A stretch of 64,000 nt of DNA from a bacterium (GTDB lineage Bacteria; Patescibacteriota; Patescibacteriia; UBA1558; S5-K13), in contig JAKPTO010000026.1 of the NCBI GenBank assembly GCA_029555085.1, forward strand, positions 1-64,000, read 5' to 3'. The stretch's first letter is position 1. The number at the start of each line of letters is the position of its first letter. The notes under the pieces are model-generated. The model did no database searches. It was given only the letters and a program-made list of their open reading frames with translations, and was not told where the DNA came from. Below are positions 29,147 through 39,204 of the stretch, piece after piece. The translations under genes and the position numbers were made by a program.

Positions 29147-29293
29147 TATATTATATGGAGTAAAATCCACTAAAATCAAAATCAAAAGGATTAGCCTTAT
29201 TAAAAATGATAGAGCTAAACCAAAAACCAAAAACAGAATATTTGCATTATTAGGGTACCTTGATTTTGATTAGGGTATTTTTTATTTAAATAC

Positions 29294-29881
29294 ATGACAA
29301 CAGTTTCACAAAAAAACACCATTAAATTCACTGCTCTATTTCTTATCGTAAATATGATGTTTTTGTTTCTTCACACTGATGTTGCTATGGCTTATAGCAA
29401 TATACACCCTGAAAAAATTATAGAACTTGTAAATAAAGAAAGAATAAATAACAACTCCCAATCACTACGTATAAACAAACAATTAATGGAAGCTGCAAAT
29501 AATAAAGCAAAGTATTTAATAGATAATAATATTTTTGAACATAATTCTAATAATAAAAAATTCTCTGATTGGGTAAAAGAAGTTGATTATGATTATTCTT
29601 TTATTGGAGAAAATCTAGCTGAGAATTTTAAAAATAGCGAGACAGCTGTAAATGCCTGGTTAAACTCTCCGTCGCATAAAGAAAATATGCTAAACAATAA
29701 TTTTACTGAAACTGGAGTTGCTGTCATTCAAAAAAATAACAGAATTATTGTGGTACAAATTTTCGGTAGACCTATTTCTAAACAATTACCAATAGAAAAA
29801 ACAATAAAAAATCACATATCTGAAAATATTTTAAAAATAGACGCTAAATACAAAATTCAAATAGTTTCAAATCTTTCCTAG
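29294..29881 (+). CDS. CAP/SCP-domain secreted protein
   Basis: Signal peptide, LVNKER, FEH, GENLA, WLNSPSHKENML, VQIFG. Confidence 0.9.
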   Translation: MTTVSQKNTIKFTALFLIVNMMFLFLHTDVAMAYSNIHPEKIIELVNKERINNNSQSLRINKQLMEAANNKAKYLIDNNIFEHNSNNKKFSDWVKEVDYDYSFIGENLAENFKNSETAVNAWLNSPSHKENMLNNNFTETGVAVIQKNNRIIVVQIFGRPISKQLPIEKTIKNHISENILKIDAKYKIQIVSNLS

Positions 29882-30649
29882 TTTTAAAAGAATAAAAATT
29901 ATAATAGCAAGTAAAATTCTATAATAAGCAAAGATATGTAGTTTAAATCTTTTTAAGAGGTTCATAAAAATATAAATAGATACGAGACTTAAAACAAAAG
30001 AACAAAAAATTCCAAAAACAACTAAATTAATATTTCCAACTGACCCGATGTCAGTTATTTTTTTTATGAAGGCGCCAAATATAAGTGGAATTGCCATGAA
30101 AAAAGAAAATTTTGCAGCATTGGTTCTGTTTAAACCACTTATCATACCAGCTGAAACAGTTACTCCACTTCTTGAAAATCCTGGAATAAGAGATAAGCAT
30201 TGCATAATTCCTATAAATATAGAATTTTTAAAATTTATATTAGTTAAATCTTTTTTGTTCTTCGCAATTTTTTCCGCAAAGATAAACAGTATTGCTCCCA
30301 ATACTAATGTTACTAAAACAATATAAATAGATCTTAGATTTTCTATAAATGAATCTAAAAAGTACCCACAAATCCCCGCTGGTATTATTCCCACAAGCAC
30401 ATATAACAATAAATTATTTTTCCTATCTTTTGAAAAAAAATCTAATATTAATTTTTTTATATCTCGCCAAAAATAAATAATTACAGCAAAAACACTTCCT
30501 AAATGAAGTGAAACATCAAATGAAATATTATTGATAATAGAAGAATCTTTTAATATATTATGTAATAATATTAAGTGTCCGGAACTTGAAACAGGTAAAA
30601 ATTCCGTTAAAGATTGAACTATTGATAAAAGAAATGCTTGTAAATACAT
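29867..30649 (-). CDS. uppP: Undecaprenyl-diphosphate phosphatase
   Basis: TEFLPVSSSGH, PGFSRSG, FAYYR. Confidence 0.95.
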   Translation of the reverse strand: MYLQAFLLSIVQSLTEFLPVSSSGHLILLHNILKDSSIINNISFDVSLHLGSVFAVIIYFWRDIKKLILDFFSKDRKNNLLLYVLVGIIPAGICGYFLDSFIENLRSIYIVLVTLVLGAILFIFAEKIAKNKKDLTNINFKNSIFIGIMQCLSLIPGFSRSGVTVSAGMISGLNRTNAAKFSFFMAIPLIFGAFIKKITDIGSVGNINLVVFGIFCSFVLSLVSIYIFMNLLKRFKLHIFAYYRILLAIIIFILLKLGKI

Positions 30650-30694
30650 ATTTTTGTTGTTGAATATTTTTTATAATACTATTATAATTATAGT

Positions 30695-31123
30695 ATGAAA
30701 TTCGCATTTATAACAATCCCAGCAATTACTGTTATTTTATCTCAGTTTGTATTAAAACCACTTATGTCTACAATAAGAGGCCGTTTTTCTATAAAAAATA
30801 TCTTTGCCTATGGTGGAATGCCATCTTCTCATAGCGCGCTTGTGTCCTCTCTTGCAACAACTGTTGGCATTTTAAAAGGTTTTAATTCTTCGGAATTTGC
30901 AATAAGTTTATTTTTTGCTCTAATAGTGATAAGTGATGCGGTTGGACTTCGTGGATTTATGACAAAACAGGGAATAGCTATAAATAAATTAATAAAAGAC
31001 CTACCAGATGAATTAGAATACAAATATGAAATAATGAACGAGAGTATTGCGCACACAATATCACAGGTAATAATTGGAACATTGATTGGAGTACTAATTC
31101 CTAGTCTAATTCTATTATTATAA
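30695..31123 (+). CDS. Divergent PAP2 family protein (DUF212)
   Basis: GGMPSSHSA, DAVGLR, HT. Confidence 0.88.
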   Translation: MKFAFITIPAITVILSQFVLKPLMSTIRGRFSIKNIFAYGGMPSSHSALVSSLATTVGILKGFNSSEFAISLFFALIVISDAVGLRGFMTKQGIAINKLIKDLPDELEYKYEIMNESIAHTISQVIIGTLIGVLIPSLILLL

Positions 31124-31145
31124 TTATAAATACACAATATAAATA

Positions 31146-31174
31146 AAAAATGAACACAAAATTTGTTCATTTTT
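31146..31174. terminator. Bidirectional terminator
   Basis: AAAAATGAACA-N7-TGTTCATTTTT between convergent genes. Confidence 0.65.
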
Positions 31175-31186
31175 ATTTTTTAAATT

Positions 31187-31978
31187 TTATATTAAAGAAT
31201 TGCCTCTCATCTCATTTGGTTTTGATATGCCCATAACTTTCAATATTGTTGGAGCCATATCATAAGTATTACCGGCTAATATTTGCTGATTTAATTGTTT
31301 TGAATGATTGTGATTTACAAAACTTTTATCTTTCCAAATTTTCGAAATCATAAAAAGGGGAACAAAATTATTGTCCTTGTTTGTGGAAGTATTTGATGTT
31401 ATAAAAATAGCCCCATTAAAAGTTAAAATCGTATCAACTATAGTCTTAACTTTTGAAGAAAGTATTTGAGACACCCTGTCAATATTATTATTCATAAAAT
31501 TTGGATATGCAATAACGGCAAAGTCATATATTTTTTTCTCTATTTCCTTTAAAAACTTTAAAGTTATATTACTTGCCATCATATCTGTATCGTTTATATA
31601 ATTATCAGATTTTGTTTCACTTATAAGTATTTTATTTACTTTTTGATCGCTTATTTTTTTATTATTGTTAAAAAAATAAGAAATGTTTGGGTATAATTCA
31701 GATTCAGCAACATAAAGCTGTTTTAATCCTGCATCACTTATAACATCCTGCAATGATACGCGCACTAATTCATCTTTTATATAAGAACCAGTCCCGAGTT
31801 CTATATAAGAATTCCACGGATAATCAATATTTGTATCAGTGGATCTTAGCATAAAAAATGGAAAAATATTTGCTAAGGTTTTAAAATATAAAAAATTATT
31901 TGTATCACTTGACAAATAATTTATATCAAAAGAATCTATAATTATAAGACATATTGGTTTTAATCTAGATTTATCCAT
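31187..31978 (-). CDS. Degenerate iPGM paralogue (phosphatase-domain scaffold only)
   Basis: Aligns by eye with the adjacent GpmI N- and C-terminal parts (QLYVAESE...YFFN; DMAPTIL...GNSLI). Lacks the central domain and the metal ligands. Confidence 0.7.
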   Translation of the reverse strand: MDKSRLKPICLIIIDSFDINYLSSDTNNFLYFKTLANIFPFFMLRSTDTNIDYPWNSYIELGTGSYIKDELVRVSLQDVISDAGLKQLYVAESELYPNISYFFNNNKKISDQKVNKILISETKSDNYINDTDMMASNITLKFLKEIEKKIYDFAVIAYPNFMNNNIDRVSQILSSKVKTIVDTILTFNGAIFITSNTSTNKDNNFVPLFMISKIWKDKSFVNHNHSKQLNQQILAGNTYDMAPTILKVMGISKPNEMRGNSLI

Positions 31979-31983
31979 AATAA

Positions 31984-33540
31984 CTATTTTATAATTAAAC
32001 TATTTCTCGTCATTTGAGATGGCTTTTTAATATCCATTACATCTAATATTGTTGGCGCTATGTCTCCTAAAATTCCATTTCCTCTTAATTTTTTGTTTTT
32101 ATATTTTTTATTCACCAATATAAAAGGAACCGGATTTGTTGAATGCGATGTGTTTACTTCCCCAGTGTCTAAATCTATCATTTCTTCAATATTCCCATGA
32201 TCAGCTGTTATAAACATTGTGACATCCATTCCCTTAAAAGACTCTTTCATATTGTTTAAACATTTATCCACGGCCTCAACAGCCCTAATTCCTGACTTTA
32301 AAACACCGGTATGCGCAACCATATCAGGATTCGCAAAATTTACTGTAATAAAATCATATTTATCTGCCTTTGTATAATCTATCACCTTTTTTACTAATTG
32401 AAAACAACTCATTTCTGGTTTTTGCGCATAAGAATCAACACTTGGAGATGGAATCATTTCTCTATGCTCGTTAGCTACGGGATCTTTATATCCTCCATTA
32501 AAAAAATAAGTAACATGTGAAAATTTTTCACTTTCAGATATATACAATTGTCGTAAATTAGAAAGTTGCATTGGTAATGTTTGCTTCACATCTCTCGATG
32601 GAAATGCAGTTAATATACTATCTAAATCTGGCCCAAAGTCTGTCATCGAAACAAATTTAATATTTTTCAAGTGCTCGCTTCTTTTAATTGAACATTTATT
32701 TTTTTCACAAACATCGACCTGTACAAATAATTTTGTAAGTTGTCTTGCTCTATCAGATCTAAGATTAAAAAATATTATTGAATCATTGTCTTTTATTTGA
32801 CCAACTGGCTTTCCATTTTTACAAATCACACTTGGCTTGATAAATTCATCTGTCTCTCCTCTATTATATGCCTGACTTATCGCTTCTTCCGCTGAATTAA
32901 CTTTTATACCAACTCCATTTACAATGGCATCATAAGCCATTTCTGTTCTTTGCCATACTTTATTTCTATCCATTGCATAAAACCTACCCACAATTGTTGC
33001 AATAACCTCTCCATTTCTAAAACCAGATCTTAAATCTTTTAAAAATCTAATACTACTATATTGTGAGGAGTCGCGACCATCTGTAAATAAATGTAAAAAA
33101 ACCTTTTTTAGACCTCTTGATTCAACAAGTTTTAAAATTGCTTTTACATGCTCTGGATTAACATGTGGACTCTGATCTCCACTTAAAACACCCATTAAGT
33201 GAACATTAGATTTATTTTGCCTTGCGTGATTTAATGCTTCTAAAAAAGCTGGATTTCTAAAAAATGTCCCATTTTCAATAGCTTTTGTAATGAAAATATC
33301 ATCCTGCAAAACAATTCTTCCCGCGCCAATATTCATATGACCTGCCTCAGAGTTTCCGTCTTGATGCTTCGGCAAACCAACACTAACTCCATGAGCAGAT
33401 AATTGTGTATTTGGATAATTTTTAATAAAAAAATCATATGTAGGGGTTTTAGCAAGCGTCACAGCATTTCCAATTGATGGTTTTGCAATACCCCAACCAT
33501 CTAAAATTATTAAAATATATTTTTCCTTGCGAGTTTTCAT
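31984..33540 (-). CDS. gpmI: 2,3-bisphosphoglycerate-independent phosphoglycerate mutase
   Basis: ILDGWG, GNSEAGH, DGRD, GRFYAMDR, NPDMVAH, TADHGN. Confidence 0.96.
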   Translation of the reverse strand: MKTRKEKYILIILDGWGIAKPSIGNAVTLAKTPTYDFFIKNYPNTQLSAHGVSVGLPKHQDGNSEAGHMNIGAGRIVLQDDIFITKAIENGTFFRNPAFLEALNHARQNKSNVHLMGVLSGDQSPHVNPEHVKAILKLVESRGLKKVFLHLFTDGRDSSQYSSIRFLKDLRSGFRNGEVIATIVGRFYAMDRNKVWQRTEMAYDAIVNGVGIKVNSAEEAISQAYNRGETDEFIKPSVICKNGKPVGQIKDNDSIIFFNLRSDRARQLTKLFVQVDVCEKNKCSIKRSEHLKNIKFVSMTDFGPDLDSILTAFPSRDVKQTLPMQLSNLRQLYISESEKFSHVTYFFNGGYKDPVANEHREMIPSPSVDSYAQKPEMSCFQLVKKVIDYTKADKYDFITVNFANPDMVAHTGVLKSGIRAVEAVDKCLNNMKESFKGMDVTMFITADHGNIEEMIDLDTGEVNTSHSTNPVPFILVNKKYKNKKLRGNGILGDIAPTILDVMDIKKPSQMTRNSLIIK

Positions 33541-33559
33541 TTTATTAAAATTTTTTAAA

Positions 33560-34816
33560 CTATATTAGTTCTTCTATTTCAAGTAATCTGTTATATTTAC
33601 AAATTCTCTCACCTCTTGAAATAGCTCCTGCTTTTATATATTCAGCGCCAACTCCAACTGATAAATCAGCTATAAAATCATCACATGTTTCACAACTTCT
33701 ATTTGCTATAATTATTTTATATGAATTTTCTTGAGCCATTTTGATACAATTTATCGTTTCGGAAACACTTCCTATTTGACTTGGTTTGATAGTAATAGAA
33801 TTCGCGCAATCTTTTTCTATTCCAATCTTTAATCTTTTTGTATTTGTGACAAATAAATTATCACCTATTAATTTTGCATCTTTATTTATTTTATTTAAAA
33901 TATTCTTAAATTGGGTCCAGCTTTCTAAATCATCAGAATCAAATGGGTCCTCAAAATAATCAATTTTATATTTATTAATCCAATCAGAATAATAATTTAT
34001 TAATTCAGTTTTAGATAATTCTAATTTATCTAATTTTATAGAATACTTATTTTTATGTTGATTAAAAAAATTTGAAGCATTAGAATCAATACCGAGTTTT
34101 ATCTTATCCTTATATCCAGATCTTTTTATAGCTTCTAATATGAATAACCACACCTCTTCTGTTTTTGAAAAACTTGGAGCATAAGCACCAACGCTACACA
34201 TTTTTGAATCTTTTCCATTTTCAGACAAAACATTTCCGAGTATATGAAATATTTCAGAACCAGCTCTTAATCTATCATTAAAATTATTAAAATCTTCTGG
34301 AATTACCCAAAATTCCTGAAAATCTAAAACAGAATCACAATGTCTTGCTCCGTTTATAACACTAATAATCGGAGTTGGCATACTAACTTTATTTGAAAAA
34401 TTATAATAACTATTTATAAAATTATACAATTGTTTATTTTCCGAAATAGCGCATAATTTATGTAAAGCTGTTGATACTGACAAAATTGTATTTGCTCCCA
34501 AATTTTCCTTATTTTCTGTTCCGTCAAACTCTATCATTTTCTTATCAAGTTCTATTGGATCGTCAATATTAAAATTTCTTAAAAGACTATTTATTTTCGT
34601 GTTGACATTATCAACCGCTTTTAAAACTCCCATTCCCTTGTATCTATTATTGTCTCTATCTCGAAGTTCGTGTGCTTCATTTTTCCCCACTACAACGCCA
34701 AAAGGCACTGAAGCAAAAGCATATTTATCATTATCTAAAAATACAGTAGTGCTAATTGTAGGCACGCCATAACTATCTAAAATTTCCCTAGCAAATATTT
34801 TTTCTATTTTTGGCAT
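33560..34816 (-). CDS. eno: Enolase homologue with substituted catalytic residues
   Basis: REILDS, ELRD, GAN, QEF, LFVTN, QIGS, KYNRLLEIE give a clear full-length enolase fold; key motifs are altered (see findings). Confidence 0.85.
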   Translation of the reverse strand: MPKIEKIFAREILDSYGVPTISTTVFLDNDKYAFASVPFGVVVGKNEAHELRDRDNNRYKGMGVLKAVDNVNTKINSLLRNFNIDDPIELDKKMIEFDGTENKENLGANTILSVSTALHKLCAISENKQLYNFINSYYNFSNKVSMPTPIISVINGARHCDSVLDFQEFWVIPEDFNNFNDRLRAGSEIFHILGNVLSENGKDSKMCSVGAYAPSFSKTEEVWLFILEAIKRSGYKDKIKLGIDSNASNFFNQHKNKYSIKLDKLELSKTELINYYSDWINKYKIDYFEDPFDSDDLESWTQFKNILNKINKDAKLIGDNLFVTNTKRLKIGIEKDCANSITIKPSQIGSVSETINCIKMAQENSYKIIIANRSCETCDDFIADLSVGVGAEYIKAGAISRGERICKYNRLLEIEELI

Positions 34817-34821
34817 ATTTG

Positions 34822-36003
34822 TTATTTTAATTTATTTTTTTCTAAATATGTAATTGCTGGCAATTTTTTACCTGATAAAAACTCTAGCATTGCTCCTCCA
34901 CCTGTAGATATAAAATCAAATGTATTTTTCATTTTTAACTCATTTAAAAGTCCAACTGTTTCTCCCCCACCTGAATATCTCAATGATTTAGATTTTTTAA
35001 TTTCCTTTATCATTGTTTCTGTAGCATGTCTATATTTTTTAATTTCAAAATATCCCATTGGTCCGTTCCATAAAATAAACTTAGCTCTCTTAATATAATC
35101 TGAATAAATTTTCATTGTTTTTGGACCTATATCTAAAATTATATCATCGTTCTGTAATTTTTGCATATCTTTAATTTCTGATCTCGATTTTTCATTAATA
35201 TTTTTTGAAACAACAACATCAATGGGAGCAATAATTTTTTTTGAGTCCATTTTTCTTGTCGCATCTATCAATTTCACTTCAAATATAGATTTTCCTATAT
35301 TTACACCCCTTGAATATAAAAAATTATTAGCGATTACTCCACCCAGCAAAACTCTATCAAATTTATTAATCAGTTTAGAAATAACTGGGAGTTTTGTATC
35401 TGCTTTTGCTCCCCCCATTATGAGTATAGCATTTTTAAATTTACTATTTAAAACTTTATTTAATTCTTTTATTTCATAGTCAAACCTAAATCCCATATAA
35501 CTTGGTAAATATTTTGTTATTGCGCACGCTGACATGTGTTCTCTATGCGCATTTGAAAAAGCATCATTTACATACAAATCAAATAACTTTGCTAAATCGC
35601 TCGCCATTTTATTATCATTTGTCATTTCTTCCTTATAAAATCTTATATTTTCCAATAGAATAACCTCTCCTTCTTTCATTTTTTCTATATCTTTTGAAAT
35701 ATCCTTTGGCATAGCACTGTCTAATTTTTTTACTTTTTTATTTAAATATTTTGACAAAACATTTGCCACTTTATCCATTTTGTATTTAGCATCATATTTT
35801 CCATCGGGTCGTCCTATATAGGAAATTATTACGGTTTTAGATTTTTTAGAAATTAAATATTTTATTGTTTTCAACGATGATTCTATTCTAAATGTATTTT
35901 CAGGATCAACTTGACCATTTTTTAAAAACGATAAATTTAAATCAAGCTTTAAAAGAACTTTTTTTGATTTTAAATTCACGATACTTTCTAATTTTTTATA
36001 CAT
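34822..36003 (-). CDS. pgk: Phosphoglycerate kinase
   Basis: DLN, GRP, LLENIRF, NDAFSNAHR, GGAK, DIGPKT, WNGPMG, STGGGA. Confidence 0.95.
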   Translation of the reverse strand: MYKKLESIVNLKSKKVLLKLDLNLSFLKNGQVDPENTFRIESSLKTIKYLISKKSKTVIISYIGRPDGKYDAKYKMDKVANVLSKYLNKKVKKLDSAMPKDISKDIEKMKEGEVILLENIRFYKEEMTNDNKMASDLAKLFDLYVNDAFSNAHREHMSACAITKYLPSYMGFRFDYEIKELNKVLNSKFKNAILIMGGAKADTKLPVISKLINKFDRVLLGGVIANNFLYSRGVNIGKSIFEVKLIDATRKMDSKKIIAPIDVVVSKNINEKSRSEIKDMQKLQNDDIILDIGPKTMKIYSDYIKRAKFILWNGPMGYFEIKKYRHATETMIKEIKKSKSLRYSGGGETVGLLNELKMKNTFDFISTGGGAMLEFLSGKKLPAITYLEKNKLK

Positions 36004-36430
36004 ACTTTTCTTTTTTAATTATATTTAAAATATTTTCTGCTTCATCAGAGCTAACGAAAAAAGTAACACCATCTTTTAATTTAATTGAAAGACCGTCCCC
36101 TCTCTTCGCAATAAAAGCAAATTTTTTAACTCTTGAAATAATTCCTAATCCAAAAAAATTCCCCACTGAATTATCTATATAAACCGAATCAATATATTCT
36201 TTTTTTATAAGCCTTTTAAAAATACCAAAACCAAACTCCAGTCCCACGCTAGTAACTTTAAAAGTTAAATAAAAAAAATTAATTACAACAAAAATATCTA
36301 AAACCAATATAGCGAGCCACAAATAATTAAAATTGTTTTTTAAAAAAAACAAAGACACAATAAATACTAAAAAATATATAGATAAAAAAGCAATACTCAT
36401 TCTTTGTTTACTTTTATAAATTATATACAT
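35996..36430 (-). CDS. Small 2-TM membrane protein, bacterial PH-like domain
   Basis: Two TMs followed by a beta-rich soluble part; overlaps the pgk start. Confidence 0.55.
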   Translation of the reverse strand: MYIIYKSKQRMSIAFLSIYFLVFIVSLFFLKNNFNYLWLAILVLDIFVVINFFYLTFKVTSVGLEFGFGIFKRLIKKEYIDSVYIDNSVGNFFGLGIISRVKKFAFIAKRGDGLSIKLKDGVTFFVSSDEAENILNIIKKEKYV

Positions 36431-36431
36431 A

Positions 36432-39200
36432 TTATTTTAAATTGTTTGGAATTGTAAATTGGAAAACTGAACCCTTCCCAAGACCCTCACTTTCAACCCA
36501 AATTTTACCTCCATGAATTTCTACCATTTTTCTAGCTATATAAAGACCGAGTCCAGAGCCATCAGTATTAATCTTTGCGCTGTCATTTCCTCTGGAAAAT
36601 TTAGAAAACAATCTATCTATTTCTTCTTCGCTAAGACCTACTCCGGTATCTTTAATTTTCACAATTATATTTTTATCATCACAATTTAATTCAATATTCA
36701 CAGCACCTTTTGGAGTGTATTTAATAGAATTATCTATTAAATTTAAAAATACGTCTTTTATTTTATCTACATCTAATTTAATTTTTGTTTGATCTTGTTT
36801 CTTCCTTAAATCTTTAAATAACAATGTAATACCTTTTGATTCTGCATTTGGTTTCAAATTTTCAACAGATTCTTTTATAATTTCGGAAATTTCTACTTCT
36901 TGTAAGTCTAATTTCAATCTCCCGGATTCAATTCTTGAAACATTTAAAAACACATTAACAAGTTTTGACATTCTATCGCTCGCAAGAAATATATCTTTTA
37001 AAACTGAATTTTGCTTTGAAGAGAATTTTCCAAAGTCCCCCTCTAACATCATTGACAAATAACCTTTTATTCCAGTAAGCGGTGTTCTAAGTTGGTGAGA
37101 CGCAATTGACAAAAATTCTGATTTTGCTCGATCCAGTTGTTTTAAGTGTTCATTTGCGTCTTCAAGTTCTTCATTTTTTCCCCTTAATTCTTTATATAAA
37201 TTAATATTTTTTATAACAAGTCCTGTTTGATCTGTTAATGCCTTCATAATCTCAATGTCAATTTTTTTAAGTTTATCAATTGGCGCGTATGAGAAAAAAT
37301 CAATTGAACCGATTATTTTATTTTCAGAATACATTGGAACAGCTATAGCTGATTTAGCATTTAATTCTTTTTGCATTTTATCAGCTTGATCTTTTGTTAT
37401 TGCTGGTTTAAACACATCAAATACTGAACTACTTTTTTCTATATTACCAGAAGTCATTGCTTTTATAGCTAAATTATCTTTATTACTAAAGGATACACTA
37501 TATTCATGGGGTTTTTTTGGTAAAAATCCTACAACTTTTTTTATATCTTCATCAATTGTCATTGCTCCTATATACATAGCTTTTCCATCCTCGTCTATAA
37601 AATTAATTACACCAGCCACAAATCCCATTTCTTTTTTTATACTGGTTGCTATAAATGAAGCAACCTCTTGAAAGTCTAAACTTCTTGTAATAACATTGCT
37701 AATTTTTTGTAGCGCTGTTAAGTATTTATTTTTAGTTTCTAAATCTATATTTACTTGTCTCAAACTAAGAGTTGCTCGTTCAACTCTTTCTTGTAAATGA
37801 AGGTTAAGGTCTTGAATTTCATTATATAATTTTGCTTTTTCAAGTGCCATAGCAACTTGTGGTGTTAGAACTGATAATAAACCAATATCTTCTTCAGAAA
37901 AAGTATCTCCTGATAATTTCTTATCAATACAAAGCAATGCTGTTATTTGATTTTCAGAAACAATAGGAGCAATTAATCCTATTTTCATCTTATCTAATCT
38001 ATCTACAATGGATAATAATCTTTGTTTTTCAAGGTCATTTTTTTGTTCTCTTGCTAATCTATCTAACTCTTCCACAACTATAATTTGTTTTTTTTCTTGT
38101 AAATAATTTATTATCTCATCGTTTTTTGTAAAAAATATATCTCCTGATTCAAAACCCTTATACATTCCTGTTACAGTATTTTGATATAAAAAATTGACAT
38201 CTCTACATTTTATAGATTTTTCAAGCTCCTCGGACAAATCAATAAATAATTTTTTAAGTTCAATTTCTTTTGCTATTATAAATCCTAATTTTTTCAAAAC
38301 ATCCTGATAGTCAATTTTATCCTTAAAAAATATTTTATCAGTGATTCGCGCAAGAAAACGCTTTAATGGGTCGAATCCCAAAACTATAGCAAAAGAAACA
38401 AATACTGAAACAAATATTTTAGAAAAACCCTCTGCTTCAAAAAATTGACCAGTAATAAATGTTATTGATGTAAAAGCAAAAGTCACGATACCAACAAGAA
38501 GAAAATATAGAATGCTTTTTGAAACAACAACGCGTATGTCCATAAGACGATACCTAGCTATAGCGTAACCAATTCCCAATATATAAAACATTGTACAAAA
38601 AGATCCAAAAGGGTAGATATTTATTAATTGTGGAAAAAAATTAGTAACTCCGCCACCAAAACTAATTAATGCCGTTACTAAAACATATATTGCTTGTTGT
38701 TTTTTTAACCCACTTAATTTTTTATAATTCCTTAAAAGGATATATATCGATAAAAAAACTAAAACACTAAAAAATAATGGAAAAATCGGATAAATAATTC
38801 CTGGATCTATCCAATGTCTAAAACCAAATTTGGGAGAAATCCCCAATTTAAATAACTTTGTAAAACTTAACAAAGATAATACGCACCCGAATGATAAAAA
38901 AATCCTAAAAACGATTTTATTAACTCCTTTATAAATATCTAATAAAACCAGCACAAACAAAAAGAAAAAAATCGGTATATATATAGCACTAAAATCTAAA
39001 AGATACTGACAAAATAATGCAATATTATATTTTTCAAAAAAAACAACACCAAATAAACCAAAAGACCATACCGATGTTGAGAAACTAACACAGGACCAAG
39101 ACACATTCAAAAGAGATCTCTTGTTTTTTGAAATTACAAAAATACCAATAAATAAACCAAGTATAGATGTAATTAAAGACGATAATCCAAAAAATGACAT
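36432..39200 (-). CDS. Sensor histidine kinase (7TM-type N-terminus, 2 GAF, HisKA, HATPase)
   Basis: Multi-TM N-terminus ending YAIARYRLMDI; GAF-like FSEEDIGLL; H box ASHQLRTPL; NLIDNSIKYT, DTGVG, GSGLGL. Confidence 0.93.
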   Translation of the reverse strand: MSFFGLSSLITSILGLFIGIFVISKNKRSLLNVSWSCVSFSTSVWSFGLFGVVFFEKYNIALFCQYLLDFSAIYIPIFFFLFVLVLLDIYKGVNKIVFRIFLSFGCVLSLLSFTKLFKLGISPKFGFRHWIDPGIIYPIFPLFFSVLVFLSIYILLRNYKKLSGLKKQQAIYVLVTALISFGGGVTNFFPQLINIYPFGSFCTMFYILGIGYAIARYRLMDIRVVVSKSILYFLLVGIVTFAFTSITFITGQFFEAEGFSKIFVSVFVSFAIVLGFDPLKRFLARITDKIFFKDKIDYQDVLKKLGFIIAKEIELKKLFIDLSEELEKSIKCRDVNFLYQNTVTGMYKGFESGDIFFTKNDEIINYLQEKKQIIVVEELDRLAREQKNDLEKQRLLSIVDRLDKMKIGLIAPIVSENQITALLCIDKKLSGDTFSEEDIGLLSVLTPQVAMALEKAKLYNEIQDLNLHLQERVERATLSLRQVNIDLETKNKYLTALQKISNVITRSLDFQEVASFIATSIKKEMGFVAGVINFIDEDGKAMYIGAMTIDEDIKKVVGFLPKKPHEYSVSFSNKDNLAIKAMTSGNIEKSSSVFDVFKPAITKDQADKMQKELNAKSAIAVPMYSENKIIGSIDFFSYAPIDKLKKIDIEIMKALTDQTGLVIKNINLYKELRGKNEELEDANEHLKQLDRAKSEFLSIASHQLRTPLTGIKGYLSMMLEGDFGKFSSKQNSVLKDIFLASDRMSKLVNVFLNVSRIESGRLKLDLQEVEISEIIKESVENLKPNAESKGITLLFKDLRKKQDQTKIKLDVDKIKDVFLNLIDNSIKYTPKGAVNIELNCDDKNIIVKIKDTGVGLSEEEIDRLFSKFSRGNDSAKINTDGSGLGLYIARKMVEIHGGKIWVESEGLGKGSVFQFTIPNNLK

Positions 39201-39204
39201 ATTT

